Source: Calditrichia bacterium
GTDB taxonomy: Bacteria > Calditrichota > Calditrichia > RBG-13-44-9 > J075
DNA: 64,000 bases
NCBI GenBank assembly: GCA_028284445.1
Contig: JANQRS010000016.1
Location: 80,441 to 144,440 of the forward strand
Reading direction: 5' to 3'
Shown piece by piece: positions 8,060 through 18,336 of this stretch. Position numbers and translations under genes: made by a program. A model generated the notes under the pieces. That model searched no databases and had not been told where the DNA came from. It was given only the letters and a program-made list of their open reading frames with translations. Each line of letters starts with the position of its first letter. The stretch's first letter is position 1.

Positions 8060-10866
8060 CGGCTAGAAAAAAATCTAAGAAACTGTTTCAGATTGCCAAA
8101 GAATTGAATCTCGCTTCAGAGACCATCAAAGAGTTTCTGGAGAAGAAGGGTATCTCTGTCAAAAATCCCAATATGCGGATTTCTGAGGAAATGTACGAAC
8201 TGATCCTTGAGCGTTTCTCATATGAGAAAAAAGAAGCAGAGAAGATTCAGAAGCGGCGTGAAGAACGTGAGAAAGAAGACGAGCCGGTCGTCACCGAAGA
8301 GGTGGCTGAAGTGCCTGTTGAGGCCCCTGTTGAAGAGCCTGAGCCTGTTGAAGAGCCGGAAGTTGAAGACGTCGTTGAAGCCGCTGAAGCATTGCTCGAA
8401 GAGCCAGCTGAAGAAACAGTGGAGGCTGCTGAAGAAGAAGCGCCTGCTGAAGAAGAGGTTGAAGAAGAAGCGCCTGCTGAAGAAGAGGTTGAAGAAGCAC
8501 CCGCTGAAGCAGTGGCTGAGGTTGAGACCGAGTCGCCTGTTGAGGAAGCGCCTGCTGAGGAAGCGCCTGCTGAAGTTGCTGAAGATCTGGCAGAACCGTC
8601 ACCCCAAGTTGGTGATATTATTGATCATCCGATGGCCAAGCAGTATCTCGAGCGCCAGAAGCAGGAAGAGGAAGCCCGCAAAAAGGCCAAAGAAGAGAAG
8701 GCTGAAAGTCGCAAGAGCGGTTCCGACAGTAGTGAATCCAGTGATGAGTCATCTTCGGATGCACGTGATCGTCGCAAAGGTAAGAAAAAACACCGTCGGG
8801 AATCCCAGGAAGAGAAGGATGCCAGACGTAAAAAAGCTTTTGATATGCTTCGCAAAGAGGGCAAGCGAATTCGTCCCCAGACTGTTCAGACCGAAGACGA
8901 TAGTGAAGGTGGTGCAGTTGCACCTCGCCCCGGTTCAGGACGTCGTCGGCGTGGCAAGAAGAAGAAAGAAGTTGATCAGAAGGCGGTTGATAGCGCGCTG
9001 AAGAAAACTCTCGCCGAAATGAGTGATTCCGGCACCGGTACCAAGAAGCGTCGCAAAAAAGTGAAGGTCAAGAACGAGGACGGTGAAGAGGTTGAAACCA
9101 CCGTAATCCAGGTAACTGAGTTCATTACCACTCAGGACCTTGCTAATCTGCTGGATGTGTCTTCTACGGATATTATTCGGAAATGTCTGGAGTTGGGACT
9201 GGTTGTTACAATCAATCAACGCCTGGATATGGACACAATTCGTCTACTTGCTGAAGAGTTTGAAGCAGAAGTTGAAGAAGTTGAAGAATATGCTTCGGAT
9301 TACCTGGAAGAAGTCATGGATGAAAGCGAAGGCGAAGAAGATCCACAGCCGCGTCATCCGGTTGTTACCATAATGGGTCACGTTGACCATGGTAAGACCT
9401 CATTGCTGGACCATATCCGCGATACCAACGTGGTCGCCGGTGAATCCGGTGGCATTACCCAGCACATTGGCGCCTACGAAGTTGAACTCGATGGCGGAAG
9501 AAGAATAACCTTTCTCGATACACCTGGTCACGAAGCGTTTACGGCGATGCGTGCCCGTGGTGCACAGGTAACGGATATTGTGGTGTTGGTAATTGCTGCG
9601 GATGACCGCGTGATGCCGCAGACCGAAGAAGCACTTGACCACGCCCGCGCTGCCGGTGTTTCCATTGTGATTGCCATTAACAAGGTTGATAAACCCAATA
9701 GCAATCCGGAAACAATCAAGCAGCAGCTGGCTGAACGCAATGTGCTGGTCGAAGACTGGGGCGGTAAATTCCAGTCGGTGGATGTATCCGCAAAAACCGG
9801 ACAGGGTGTGCAGGATCTGCTCGAGAAAATCCTACTTGAGGCTGAGCTGCTCGATCTTAAGGCTGATCCGAATAAGCGTGCCCGTGGTGTGGTGCTTGAA
9901 GCTCAGCTTGATAAGGGCAAGGGACCGGTTGCTACCGTTCTCGTTCAGTCCGGTAATCTGAAGCAGGGTGATAATTTCATCGCCGGTCAAAATGCCGGTA
10001 AGATTCGCGCGTTAATAAACGAGCGTGGACAGCGTGTGACCAGCGTTGGCCCATCTTCACCCATCCAGATTCTCGGATCCAGTGCGGTGCCGGAAGCGGG
10101 CGATCGCTTTATGGTGATGAAAGATGAAAAATCTGTGCGGGAAATTGCACAGCGTCGTCAACAACTGAAGCGCGAGCAGAACTTCCGTCAGGTGCGTCTC
10201 TTGACGCTCGACCAGATATCGGAACAGATTCGCACCGGAAACGTCAGCGAACTGAAGCTGATTGTGAAGGCCGACGTGGATGGCTCAGCCCAGGCGCTTG
10301 CCGATTCACTCTTGCGTCTTACCAATCAGGAAGTCGACGTGCAGGTGATTCGCAAGGCGGTTGGACCTATTGTTGAGTCGGATATCATTTTGGCGGCCGC
10401 ATCTCGTGCGATCATCATTGGTTTCCACGTCCGTCCGACTACCAAGGCGAAAGAGCTTGCCGAGGTTGAAAACGTTGATATCCGTCAGTATAAGGTTATT
10501 TATGACGCGATTGAGGATGTTGAGAAGGCCGTTGAAGGTCTGCTAAAACCAATTGAACGTGAAGTGATTCTTGGAACCGTTGAGATTCGCGAGGTGTTTA
10601 AGATTAGCCGGATCGGTTCGGTTGCCGGTTGCTACGTGCAAAGTGGCAAGATTAATCGCAACAGCCAATTGCGGTTGATTCGAAACGACGTTGAGATCTA
10701 TGATGGTAAACTCTCATCTCTGAAGCGCTTTAAGGAAGATGTTCGTGAAGTGCAAAGCGGCTATGAATGCGGTTTGACTATTGAGAACTACAACGATATC
10801 AAGGAAGGCGACATCATCGAAGTGTATGAAGTTGTCCTGGAAGCACAAACACTGAAGAAAAACTAA
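8050..10866 (+). CDS. infB: translation initiation factor IF-2 with a long acidic/PE-rich N-terminal low-complexity region
   Basis: 938 aa. G-domain 'IMGHVDHGKTSLLD', 'DTPGHEAF', 'NKVDK'. C-terminal domains are conserved. Confidence 0.95.
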   Translation: MAVTARKKSKKLFQIAKELNLASETIKEFLEKKGISVKNPNMRISEEMYELILERFSYEKKEAEKIQKRREEREKEDEPVVTEEVAEVPVEAPVEEPEPVEEPEVEDVVEAAEALLEEPAEETVEAAEEEAPAEEEVEEEAPAEEEVEEAPAEAVAEVETESPVEEAPAEEAPAEVAEDLAEPSPQVGDIIDHPMAKQYLERQKQEEEARKKAKEEKAESRKSGSDSSESSDESSSDARDRRKGKKKHRRESQEEKDARRKKAFDMLRKEGKRIRPQTVQTEDDSEGGAVAPRPGSGRRRRGKKKKEVDQKAVDSALKKTLAEMSDSGTGTKKRRKKVKVKNEDGEEVETTVIQVTEFITTQDLANLLDVSSTDIIRKCLELGLVVTINQRLDMDTIRLLAEEFEAEVEEVEEYASDYLEEVMDESEGEEDPQPRHPVVTIMGHVDHGKTSLLDHIRDTNVVAGESGGITQHIGAYEVELDGGRRITFLDTPGHEAFTAMRARGAQVTDIVVLVIAADDRVMPQTEEALDHARAAGVSIVIAINKVDKPNSNPETIKQQLAERNVLVEDWGGKFQSVDVSAKTGQGVQDLLEKILLEAELLDLKADPNKRARGVVLEAQLDKGKGPVATVLVQSGNLKQGDNFIAGQNAGKIRALINERGQRVTSVGPSSPIQILGSSAVPEAGDRFMVMKDEKSVREIAQRRQQLKREQNFRQVRLLTLDQISEQIRTGNVSELKLIVKADVDGSAQALADSLLRLTNQEVDVQVIRKAVGPIVESDIILAAASRAIIIGFHVRPTTKAKELAEVENVDIRQYKVIYDAIEDVEKAVEGLLKPIEREVILGTVEIREVFKISRIGSVAGCYVQSGKINRNSQLRLIRNDVEIYDGKLSSLKRFKEDVREVQSGYECGLTIENYNDIKEGDIIEVYEVVLEAQTLKKN
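8431..8500 (+). repeat. 30-bp tandem duplication (about 2.3 copies) inside infB acidic region
   Basis: gaagaagaagcgcctgctgaagaagaggtt repeated exactly at 8431-8460 and 8461-8490, then a partial copy; encodes EEAPAEEEVE repeats. Confidence 0.6.
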
Positions 10867-10875
10867 TTTAGTGCG

Positions 10876-11157
10876 ATGATCGTAGCCGTTTTGACTGTCG
10901 ATCTGTTCTTGCCCGGTTCTACTTCCTTGAAGGACAAACGGGCAGTAATTCGCAGCATGAAAGATCGACTTGGTAACAAGTTCAATATTTCGATTGCCGA
11001 AGTGGATTACCAGGACAAGTGGCAACGTGCCCGAATAGGGGTTGCACAGGTCGGCAGCGACTATAAGTTCCTTGAAAAGAGCATGGATACTATTTTCAAG
11101 GCGATTGACAACAACGTGGCTGCTATGGTGACTGATCACCTGATTGAATATCTCTAG
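10876..11157 (+). CDS. DUF503 (YlxP-like) protein
   Basis: 93 aa; 'MIVAVLTVDLFLPGSTSLKDKR' is typical of DUF503; conserved position between infB and rbfA. Confidence 0.7.
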   Translation: MIVAVLTVDLFLPGSTSLKDKRAVIRSMKDRLGNKFNISIAEVDYQDKWQRARIGVAQVGSDYKFLEKSMDTIFKAIDNNVAAMVTDHLIEYL

Positions 11158-11355
11158 CCACCTGTTAATTTGAATTGAATGATTGACAGATAGGAAGACA
11201 CGAGCCGGGATAGTAAGCGAAGGCAAGATGCCTGGGGTCCCGGAAGATTGCTGAATAACGGAATACTGGTATTGAGTTAAGCGGCGATACCAATATTCCT
11301 TTATTCCTTTCTTCCGAAGCCCTCCTATTACTACGGTTTGTCCTGGGAAGGAACC

Positions 11356-11718
11356 ATGTCAGCAAGTGTAAGACAGAGAAAAGTAGCAGACCAGGTAAAA
11401 CAGGCCGTCAGCTATGTCATCGATCGTAAAATCAAGGATCCGGACAAGGGATTTGTTACCATTACCCATGTGCGAATGAGCCGTGATTTGCAGATCGCTT
11501 CGATATATTTCACGGTGCTCGGTGAAGAAACCGAGACCGAATTGTCGCTCGCAGCGCTCAATCGAGCCAGCAATTTTATTCGTAGCGAAATTGCCCCGGA
11601 ATTGAAGTTGCGAGTTGTTCCCGAACTTCGCTTTTTCGTGGATGACACGCTGGAATACGCGCGCAAGATTGACAAGATTCTCCAAAATATCAAAAAGAAA
11701 GACGATGAAGACGAGTGA
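11356..11718 (+). CDS. rbfA: ribosome-binding factor A
   Basis: RbfA-like 'VKQAVSYVIDRKIKDP...ITHVRMSRDLQIASIYFTV'. Start chosen at the ATG preceded by ggaagga; the track's ATG at 11338 is the alternative. Confidence 0.85.
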   Translation: MSASVRQRKVADQVKQAVSYVIDRKIKDPDKGFVTITHVRMSRDLQIASIYFTVLGEETETELSLAALNRASNFIRSEIAPELKLRVVPELRFFVDDTLEYARKIDKILQNIKKKDDEDE

Positions 11719-12400
11719 TTACTCAGGCGAAGCCGGCCGGATATTGACAATAGACAAGCCGGTTGACTGGACCTCATTCGATGTTGTAAACAAGATTCGG
11801 CGCTTAACCGGTATCAAGAAAGTGGGGCATGCCGGTACTCTAGATCCATTTGCCACCGGCGTTTTGCTGGTTTGCCTTGGGCGGGCTACCAAGAAGTCCT
11901 CGGAATTGATGCAAATGCAGAAAGAGTATCGCGCGTCCATTGCGCTCGGCAGCGAGACGGATACCATGGATCATACCGGGAAAGTCGTCGTTGAATCCGA
12001 CGTTCCGAAGCTTGAAAAAGGGCAGATTGAAACAGCGATCGAAGCTTTTGTTGGCGAAATAGAACAGGAAATCCCTGCTTATTCGGCAGCGAAATTCAAA
12101 GGAAAACGACTTTATCGCCTGGCCCGGGAAGGGAAGGAAGTGCCAACCCTGCACAAAAAGGTGACGATTCATGACATCGAATTGCTGGCCTTTAACGAGC
12201 GGCACATAGAAATTCGCGTCGTATGTGGCCGCGGCACCTATATTCGCACCCTGGGAAGGGACATTGCCCGGGCGTTGGATACTGCCGGTCATCTCGACAA
12301 GCTTGTGCGGACTCGGGTCGGCTCGTTTAAGATCGAAGATGCCCTGACAATAGATGAATTCCAGCAGGAATTGAAAGGTATGGAAGTAAGCGGGAAATGA
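11705..12400 (+). CDS. truB: tRNA pseudouridine(55) synthase TruB
   Basis: 'VDKPVDWTSFDVVNKIRR...GHAGTLDPFATGVLLVCLGRATK' with the catalytic Asp motif. Start at MKTSDY overlaps the rbfA end by 14 nt; the track's upstream extension is unlikely. Confidence 0.9.
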   Translation: MKTSDYSGEAGRILTIDKPVDWTSFDVVNKIRRLTGIKKVGHAGTLDPFATGVLLVCLGRATKKSSELMQMQKEYRASIALGSETDTMDHTGKVVVESDVPKLEKGQIETAIEAFVGEIEQEIPAYSAAKFKGKRLYRLAREGKEVPTLHKKVTIHDIELLAFNERHIEIRVVCGRGTYIRTLGRDIARALDTAGHLDKLVRTRVGSFKIEDALTIDEFQQELKGMEVSGK

Positions 12401-13320
12401 AAGTCTGCCGGCAAATCGATGATATTGGAATTACTACCGATGGCGCCGTGACGGTTGGATCATTTGATGGTGTGCACCTTGGCCATCTGGCGATATTGGA
12501 TCGTCTGAAAGGCCTGGCCAAAACAGCTGACCTGGAAACAACCGTGATTACCTTTGATCCGCATCCTCAAAAAGTAATTGGCGGGGAACGTGGGCGTGAA
12601 TTGCGGCTTTTATCAACGATCAGCGAAAAGCTGGCGGTTTTTAAGAACGAAGCGATTGACCGGGTTGTGGTGATACCGTTCACCCGCGATTTTGCCGGTA
12701 CCTCTGCAGAGCAATTTGTAAGGCGCCTGCTGGTGGAGCAACTGAAAGTGCGTGAGATGGTGGTTGGGTTTAATCACCAGTTTGGGCGCGGCCGTGAAGG
12801 AAGTTTCGAAAATCTCAGTCGCCTCGCAGGTGAAATTGGATTTAATGTGCATCAGGTAGGCCCTCGGGATGTGGATGGCGAAACCGTCAGCAGCACAGCT
12901 ATTCGTGGTTTGCTTGCGGACGGGCACATAGAGAAAGCAACCGCTTTTCTCGGCCGCCACTATGAATTGTCAGGTACTGTCATTCACGGCGATGGACGCG
13001 GTCGTCAAATTGGTTTTCCAACCGCCAATATTCAGGTGTTGGATGATCAAAAAGCTGTTCCTGGTCGCGGGGTTTATGCCGTTGACGTTTTCATCGACAA
13101 CGAGCGCTACGGCGGGATGATGAATATCGGTATCAGACCCACGTTTGAATATGATCTCTTGACTTTAGAGGTACATGTTTTTAGCTTCAATGCTGACCTC
13201 TATGGCAAAACAATAAGAATTGCTTTTAAAGCGTTTATCCGCGAAGAGAAAAAATTTTCAGGTATAGAAGACCTAAAGCGCCAGTTGGCTGAAGACAAAC
13301 TGGCCTGCGAGAAAATGTAA
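12397..13320 (+). CDS. ribF: bifunctional riboflavin kinase / FMN adenylyltransferase
   Basis: '[14 protein letters not shown]' (FAD-synthetase motif) plus a C-terminal riboflavin kinase domain; ATGA overlap with truB. Confidence 0.9.
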   Translation: MKVCRQIDDIGITTDGAVTVGSFDGVHLGHLAILDRLKGLAKTADLETTVITFDPHPQKVIGGERGRELRLLSTISEKLAVFKNEAIDRVVVIPFTRDFAGTSAEQFVRRLLVEQLKVREMVVGFNHQFGRGREGSFENLSRLAGEIGFNVHQVGPRDVDGETVSSTAIRGLLADGHIEKATAFLGRHYELSGTVIHGDGRGRQIGFPTANIQVLDDQKAVPGRGVYAVDVFIDNERYGGMMNIGIRPTFEYDLLTLEVHVFSFNADLYGKTIRIAFKAFIREEKKFSGIEDLKRQLAEDKLACEKM

Positions 13321-13330
13321 CGGAGGAAAA

Positions 13331-13600
13331 ATGTCTCTGACGAAAGAAAAGACACAGGAAATTATTAACAAATTTGGCAAAGACGAAAAGGATACCGGAA
13401 GCACCGAGGTGCAGGTTGCATTGTTGACCCACCGGATCCTGCATTTGACGGACCACTTGAAAACTCATGGTGAAGATCACCACTCCCGCCGTGGCCTGTT
13501 GAAATTGGTAGGACAGCGTCGTCGTCTGTTAAACTACCTGGCGAAAAAAGATATCGAACGCTACCGCTCTTTGATCAAGGAATTGGGATTAAGAAGATAA
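13331..13600 (+). CDS. rpsO: 30S ribosomal protein S15
   Basis: 89 aa; '[35 protein letters not shown]'. Confidence 0.95.
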   Translation: MSLTKEKTQEIINKFGKDEKDTGSTEVQVALLTHRILHLTDHLKTHGEDHHSRRGLLKLVGQRRRLLNYLAKKDIERYRSLIKELGLRR

Positions 13601-13619
13601 ACAGGAATCGAGGCTTTTA

Positions 13620-15734
13620 ATGATCGTAAGAAAAGAGAAGGAAATCGGTGGCCGCACGCTAACGATAGAAACCGGAAGGGTTGCCAAGCTGACCAATGGC
13701 GCTGTAACCGTTCGATACGGTGATACCATGGTGCTGGTTGTTGCTACCGCTTCCAAGAAACCGAGAGAAGACATAGACTTCTTTCCTTTGTCTGTGGAAT
13801 ACCAGGAAAAAACCTATGCTGCCGGTAAAATCCCCGGTGGATTCTTCAAGAGAGAAGGGCGTCCTGGTGCCCGCGAGATTCTTAGTGCGCGCTTAATCGA
13901 TCGCCCTATCCGCCCGCTGTTTCCCAAAGGATATCGCAATGATACTCAGGTGGTTGTACTGGTTATTTCCAGTGACCGGGAAAATCCGGCAGATGTTTTG
14001 GGTGGTATCGGCGCTTCTGCTGCATTGTCCCTATCGGATATTCCCTTTGATGGTCCGGTGGCGTCAGTGCGCGTTGGAAAGATCGGCGATGAGCTGATTG
14101 TTAATCCGACAATTGACCAAATGGAAGAATGTGACATCAACCTGGTGTTGGCCGGATCGTACGACTCGATCATGATGGTGGAGGGCGAATCGCTGGAAAT
14201 CAGCGAAGCCGATATGCTGGAAGCCCTGGAATTTGGTCACGGTCACATTCGCGAGATCATCGAGCTGCAGCGTGAACTGCTGAGCGAACTTGATGTCGTG
14301 AAGATGGAAATTGCCGAACAGGAAGTGCCGGAAAATCTCGCTGAGCGGGTTGAATCCCTGGCGCTGGATAAGGTTCGTGCTGCCGCGAAAATTGCAGACA
14401 AAAAAGAGCGCGGCCTGGCCTTCTCTGCTGCTGCAGATGAAGTGAAAGAAACATTGGCTGAAGAGTTTGAAGATCATGGTAAATTGATCGGCTCGATGTT
14501 TGATGATATCAAGAAGCGCGAAGTGCGCCAAATGATGCTGAGTGAAAAAGTTCGCCTTGATGGGCGTGGTATGGATGATATTCGTCAGGTAACTTGCGAA
14601 GTTGGCTTCCTGCCGCGTGCCCACGGTTCCGCGCTGTTTACACGCGGACAAACCCAAAGTCTGGGAACCACAACTCTCGGCACCAAAGTCGATGAACAAA
14701 TTATCGATGCACTGGAAGGCGAATCGAAAAAGAGCTATATGCTTCACTATAATTTCCCTGGTTTTAGCGTTGGCGAAGCAAAGCCTTTCCGCGGCACCAG
14801 CCGTCGTGAAGTCGGTCACGGTGACCTCGCCGAACGTGCGCTGAAAACCATCCTTCCCGACGACGAAAGTTTTCCCTATACATTGCGCCTTGTCTCAGAA
14901 ATCCTCGAATCAAATGGCTCATCCTCAATGGCTACCGTTTGCTCCGGATCTCTCAGCCTGATGGATGCCGGTGTGCCGACCAAGTGTCACGTTGCCGGGA
15001 TTGCCATGGGACTGATCAAAGAAGATGACGACGTATTGGTCTTAACGGACATCCTCGGAGATGAAGATCACCTGGGTGATATGGACTTCAAAGTTGCCGG
15101 TACCCGCGACGGTATCACCGCTTTCCAAATGGATATCAAAATTGGTGGTATCACCTTTGAAATCATGACGGAAGCTTTGGAGCGCGCCCGCGTGGCTCGT
15201 AACAAGATTCTTGACGTGATGGAAAAGGCCATTGATCGTCCGCGTGCGGAGATTTCGCCTTACGCACCACGCATCCATTCCATTATGATTCCGCAAGATA
15301 AGATTGGCGCGGTGATTGGACCTGGTGGTAAGATGATTCGTCATATCGTTGATGAGTCCGGTGCCAAAATTGATATCGATGACAGTGGAATGACTATTGT
15401 TTCTGCGGTTGATGGCGAGGCGCTTGACATTGCGCTTGGCATGATCAAAGCCCTGGTTACGGACCCCGAACCGGGGACCGAATACATGGCGACTGTTAAG
15501 AAGATCATGGATTTTGGTGCCTTTGCTGAATTCCTTCCCGGTAAAGACGGGCTGATTCACATTTCCGAGCTGGACCTCAAGCGGGTCGGTAAGGTTGAAG
15601 ATGTGGTCAGCGTTGGTGATAAGCTCGAAGTTATCCTGAAGCGGGTTGACCGTGAAGGACGCTTCAACTTAAGCCGCAAGGAATACCTGCTTCGTCAGCA
15701 GGAAGCTGAAGGCAAAAACGGATCGGAAGACTAA
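13620..15734 (+). CDS. pnp: polyribonucleotide nucleotidyltransferase (PNPase)
   Basis: 704 aa with two RNase PH domains and KH and S1 domains at the C-terminus. Confidence 0.95.
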   Translation: MIVRKEKEIGGRTLTIETGRVAKLTNGAVTVRYGDTMVLVVATASKKPREDIDFFPLSVEYQEKTYAAGKIPGGFFKREGRPGAREILSARLIDRPIRPLFPKGYRNDTQVVVLVISSDRENPADVLGGIGASAALSLSDIPFDGPVASVRVGKIGDELIVNPTIDQMEECDINLVLAGSYDSIMMVEGESLEISEADMLEALEFGHGHIREIIELQRELLSELDVVKMEIAEQEVPENLAERVESLALDKVRAAAKIADKKERGLAFSAAADEVKETLAEEFEDHGKLIGSMFDDIKKREVRQMMLSEKVRLDGRGMDDIRQVTCEVGFLPRAHGSALFTRGQTQSLGTTTLGTKVDEQIIDALEGESKKSYMLHYNFPGFSVGEAKPFRGTSRREVGHGDLAERALKTILPDDESFPYTLRLVSEILESNGSSSMATVCSGSLSLMDAGVPTKCHVAGIAMGLIKEDDDVLVLTDILGDEDHLGDMDFKVAGTRDGITAFQMDIKIGGITFEIMTEALERARVARNKILDVMEKAIDRPRAEISPYAPRIHSIMIPQDKIGAVIGPGGKMIRHIVDESGAKIDIDDSGMTIVSAVDGEALDIALGMIKALVTDPEPGTEYMATVKKIMDFGAFAEFLPGKDGLIHISELDLKRVGKVEDVVSVGDKLEVILKRVDREGRFNLSRKEYLLRQQEAEGKNGSED

Positions 15735-15770
15735 TCCGGTTCTGAAATTGCTATAAACGACGTGCAAGCA

Positions 15771-15811
15771 ATCCCCCCTGCATGTCCCCCTGGGGGGACT
15801 TTTAGGGGGGA
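15771..15811. repeat. G/C-tract palindromic element, 3' of pnp
   Basis: atcccccctgcatgtccccctggggggacttttaggggggat; outer arms atcccccct/aggggggat are perfect and the inner gtccccc-tggggggac is near-perfect. Confidence 0.7.
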
Positions 15812-15903
15812 TTGCTGGTTTATGGACCTATTCCTGGTGGAAAGGTGCCAATTGCTCAGGAGCGTGATGACTTTTAGCTCTACCCCGAAGGGGTAATAAA
15901 TTC

Positions 15904-16056
15904 CAGCCCCGGGTAACACCCGGGAGACCGGATATTATTGAAATGTTTACCCTTAAGGGGTAAGAGTCGAGAGGAATCTCAACTTTTAATGACACCCTTT
16001 CAGGGTTTAAAATACGTTTCACATACGTATCCCGGGGTGTTACCCCGGGCTGACAA
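15904..16056. repeat. about 150-bp segment bounded by 23-28-bp inverted repeats, each itself a CCCGGG hairpin (MITE-like or structured RNA), between pnp and bioY
   Basis: Left arm cagccccgggtaacacccgggaga (15904-15927) versus reverse complement of right arm atcccggggtgttaccccgggctg (16030-16053): about 21/23 identical. The interior holds the near-palindrome tacccttaaggggta (15948-15963). Confidence 0.5.
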
Positions 16057-16091
16057 AGGATGCCCCTTCAGGGCAAAAAGGACCAAAGATC

Positions 16092-16682
16092 ATGTTTGAT
16101 AAAAACAGTTTCTTCAATCCCAAGCTCCTGCGCCAACTCCCGGTGACGTCATTAGCCGGTATTATCGCAACAGCCACTTTTGCGCTGCTCACAGTCGCCG
16201 GTGCGAAAATCTCGATTCCTTTTGGCGAATTGCCACTGACCCTCCAAACAGTCGCCGTATATAGCAGTGGACTATTCCTCGGTATGCGCAAAGCATTTTT
16301 GTCGCAAGTGCTCTACCTGTTTCTCGGACTTTTTGTGCCGGTATTTGCCGGCGAAGGTACCGGTCTCGAATATTTGTCGACACGAGCCTCCAGCGGTTTT
16401 CTGCTGGCTTTTCCATTTGTTGCTGCCCTGATTGGCTGGCTCTCAGCGCGCTGGCAGTCCTATCCGGGCATCGTTGGTGCAGTTCAATGCGGCTCATTGC
16501 TGCTGTTCTCGCTGGGGCTCATTTGGCTACATGTCGCCATTAACAGCAACTCTTTCTACCATACGATGTCCGTTGGATGGTTGCCCTATATTCCAATGGA
16601 TCTCTTCAAAGTATTGCTTACCGCCACCATTTTCTTCCTGGTCAGACAGCGTTTCCAAAGTCGCGAGAAAGTTAAGGCATGA
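16092..16682 (+). CDS. bioY: BioY-family ECF-transporter S component (biotin)
   Basis: 'ISIPFGELPLTLQTVAVYSSGLFLGMRKAFLSQVLYLFLGLFVPVFAGEGTG...SGFLLAFPFVAALIGWL' matches the BioY pattern (TLQT..v.l.G..LG...G....lYl.lG..GlPVFAgg.gG); ATGA overlap with next gene. Confidence 0.8.
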   Translation: MFDKNSFFNPKLLRQLPVTSLAGIIATATFALLTVAGAKISIPFGELPLTLQTVAVYSSGLFLGMRKAFLSQVLYLFLGLFVPVFAGEGTGLEYLSTRASSGFLLAFPFVAALIGWLSARWQSYPGIVGAVQCGSLLLFSLGLIWLHVAINSNSFYHTMSVGWLPYIPMDLFKVLLTATIFFLVRQRFQSREKVKA

Positions 16683-17491
16683 GTGACCCCCTTTGCTGGC
16701 CGGCACCGCTAACATTCGGAGAACGAGACAAACAGCCATTGCTATTGCTGCATGGTTTTATGGGAAGCGGCCGGGATTGGCAGAAGCTGGCAGCTGAGCT
16801 TGCAGCCGAATTTTTCTGCATTTGCCCCGATCTCCCCGGACATGGCCAAAATCTTGCGGATAGCTACGAATGGAATATGGACAATTGTCTGCAGGCGCTG
16901 CTGAATATGCTCGATGAGATGGCTATTCCGGCAGTCCATTTGCTTGGTTATTCTATGGGCGGACGTCTGGCGCTCTACCTTGCGATACATGCCTCTCGGC
17001 GCTTCCGATCCGTAGTGCTCGAGTCTGCATCTCCTGGCCTGGAGAAACGGGAAGGGCGGCGAGAACGAATGATGAACGATCAATTGCTTGCAGCAAAGAT
17101 AAAGCGGCTCGGCATGACTCAATTCATCAATGAGTGGTATCAGTTACCCCTATTTGCCTCTCTCGCCATGCATGAAGATCTCCCGGAAATGAAGGCGCGG
17201 AGAGTCAAAAACCGCCCCAAGGCGCTCGCAAAATCACTGGCGGAGATGGGAACCGGTGCGCAACCTTCTCTCTGGCCGAAATTGGCCGATAATAAATTAC
17301 CTCTTCTTTTGCTCGTGGGTGAAAAAGATCGTAAATTCGTCTCCATCGCCAAAAAAATGGCGGTAATGGGTAATCAGATAATAGTGCGGGAAATTGCCGG
17401 CTGCGGACATAACATCCATTTTGAAAATCCGGCCGCTTTTCTGCAGGAAACGAGAACATTCTTTGATATAAATTCGCAGGAGGAAAGTTGA
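16679..17491 (+). CDS. menH: alpha/beta-hydrolase, MenH-like (SHCHC synthase)
   Basis: '[15 protein letters not shown]', nucleophile elbow '[10 protein letters not shown]', C-terminal His; lies in the men operon. Confidence 0.7.
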   Translation: MSDPLCWPAPLTFGERDKQPLLLLHGFMGSGRDWQKLAAELAAEFFCICPDLPGHGQNLADSYEWNMDNCLQALLNMLDEMAIPAVHLLGYSMGGRLALYLAIHASRRFRSVVLESASPGLEKREGRRERMMNDQLLAAKIKRLGMTQFINEWYQLPLFASLAMHEDLPEMKARRVKNRPKALAKSLAEMGTGAQPSLWPKLADNKLPLLLLVGEKDRKFVSIAKKMAVMGNQIIVREIAGCGHNIHFENPAAFLQETRTFFDINSQEES

Positions 17492-18312
17492 TGAGTACTG
17501 TTCAATGGCAATCTGCCGGTGATTACACCGACATTCGCTACGAAAAGGCTGAAGGCATTGCCAAGATTACAATTAATCGCCCTGAAGTGCGCAATGCATT
17601 TCGCCCATTAACCGTTAAGGAAATGATCAATGCCTTGGCGGATGCGCGTGATGACGCTGGTACTGGGGTCATTATTCTCACCGGGGAAGGCGAAAAAGCA
17701 TTCTGCTCTGGTGGCGATCAACGCGTGCGCGGCGATGCCGGATATGTAGATGATGGCGGCACCCATCGCCTCAACGTTCTGGATTTCCAGCGCCAGATTC
17801 GTACCTGTCCGAAACCGGTGATTGCCATGGTCGCAGGCTACGCGATTGGCGGTGGCCATGTTTTGCACGTCATGTGTGACTTGACCATCGCTGCCGATAA
17901 CGCTATTTTTGGTCAAACCGGACCGAAAGTCGGTTCTTTTGACGGTGGTTATGGCGCCAGTTTCCTGTCTCGCCACATCGGCCAAAAGAAGGCCCGTGAA
18001 ATTTGGTTCCTCTGCCGTCAATATGATGCCCAGGCTGCCCTTGAGATGGGTATGGTAAACACAGTAGTACCTTACGAAGATCTCGAAGCAGAGACCGTTC
18101 AATGGTGCCGCGAAATTCTTGCAAACTCTCCGATTGCCATCCGTTGCCTGAAGGCTGCCCTCAATGCCGATTGTGACGGTCAGGCCGGGCTTCAGGAATT
18201 GGCTGGCAATGCCACCATGTTGTTCTATATGACGGAAGAAGGTCAGGAAGGAAAGAACGCATTTCTTGAAAAGCGCAAGCCTGATTTCAAGAAATTCACA
18301 CGCCGTCCCTAG
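17491..18312 (+). CDS. menB: 1,4-dihydroxy-2-naphthoyl-CoA synthase
   Basis: Crotonase fold and full-length similarity to MenB ('[12 protein letters not shown]...FCSGGDQ...[23 protein letters not shown]'). The track gives a TTG at 17488; the ATG at 17491 is preferred. Confidence 0.9.
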   Translation: MSTVQWQSAGDYTDIRYEKAEGIAKITINRPEVRNAFRPLTVKEMINALADARDDAGTGVIILTGEGEKAFCSGGDQRVRGDAGYVDDGGTHRLNVLDFQRQIRTCPKPVIAMVAGYAIGGGHVLHVMCDLTIAADNAIFGQTGPKVGSFDGGYGASFLSRHIGQKKAREIWFLCRQYDAQAALEMGMVNTVVPYEDLEAETVQWCREILANSPIAIRCLKAALNADCDGQAGLQELAGNATMLFYMTEEGQEGKNAFLEKRKPDFKKFTRRP

Positions 18313-18336
18313 ATTGACAAATGAGGCAGGAGCAAG

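Noticed and set aside
8207-9001. 264-aa Lys/Arg-rich ORF in +1 frame of infB, and 8291..8602 minus-strand Q/L-rich ORF
   Set aside because: They are by-products of the GAA/GAG/GCT-repeat acidic region of IF-2; the composition is an artefact of the repeat.
11615-11704. Upstream extension of truB ORF (track start 11615) overlapping rbfA by about 100 nt
   Set aside because: The TruB homology begins at MKTSDY (11705); the upstream extension is in the rbfA coding region and lacks conservation.
14064-14819. 251-aa antisense ORF within pnp
   Set aside because: It is a shadow ORF inside highly conserved PNPase.
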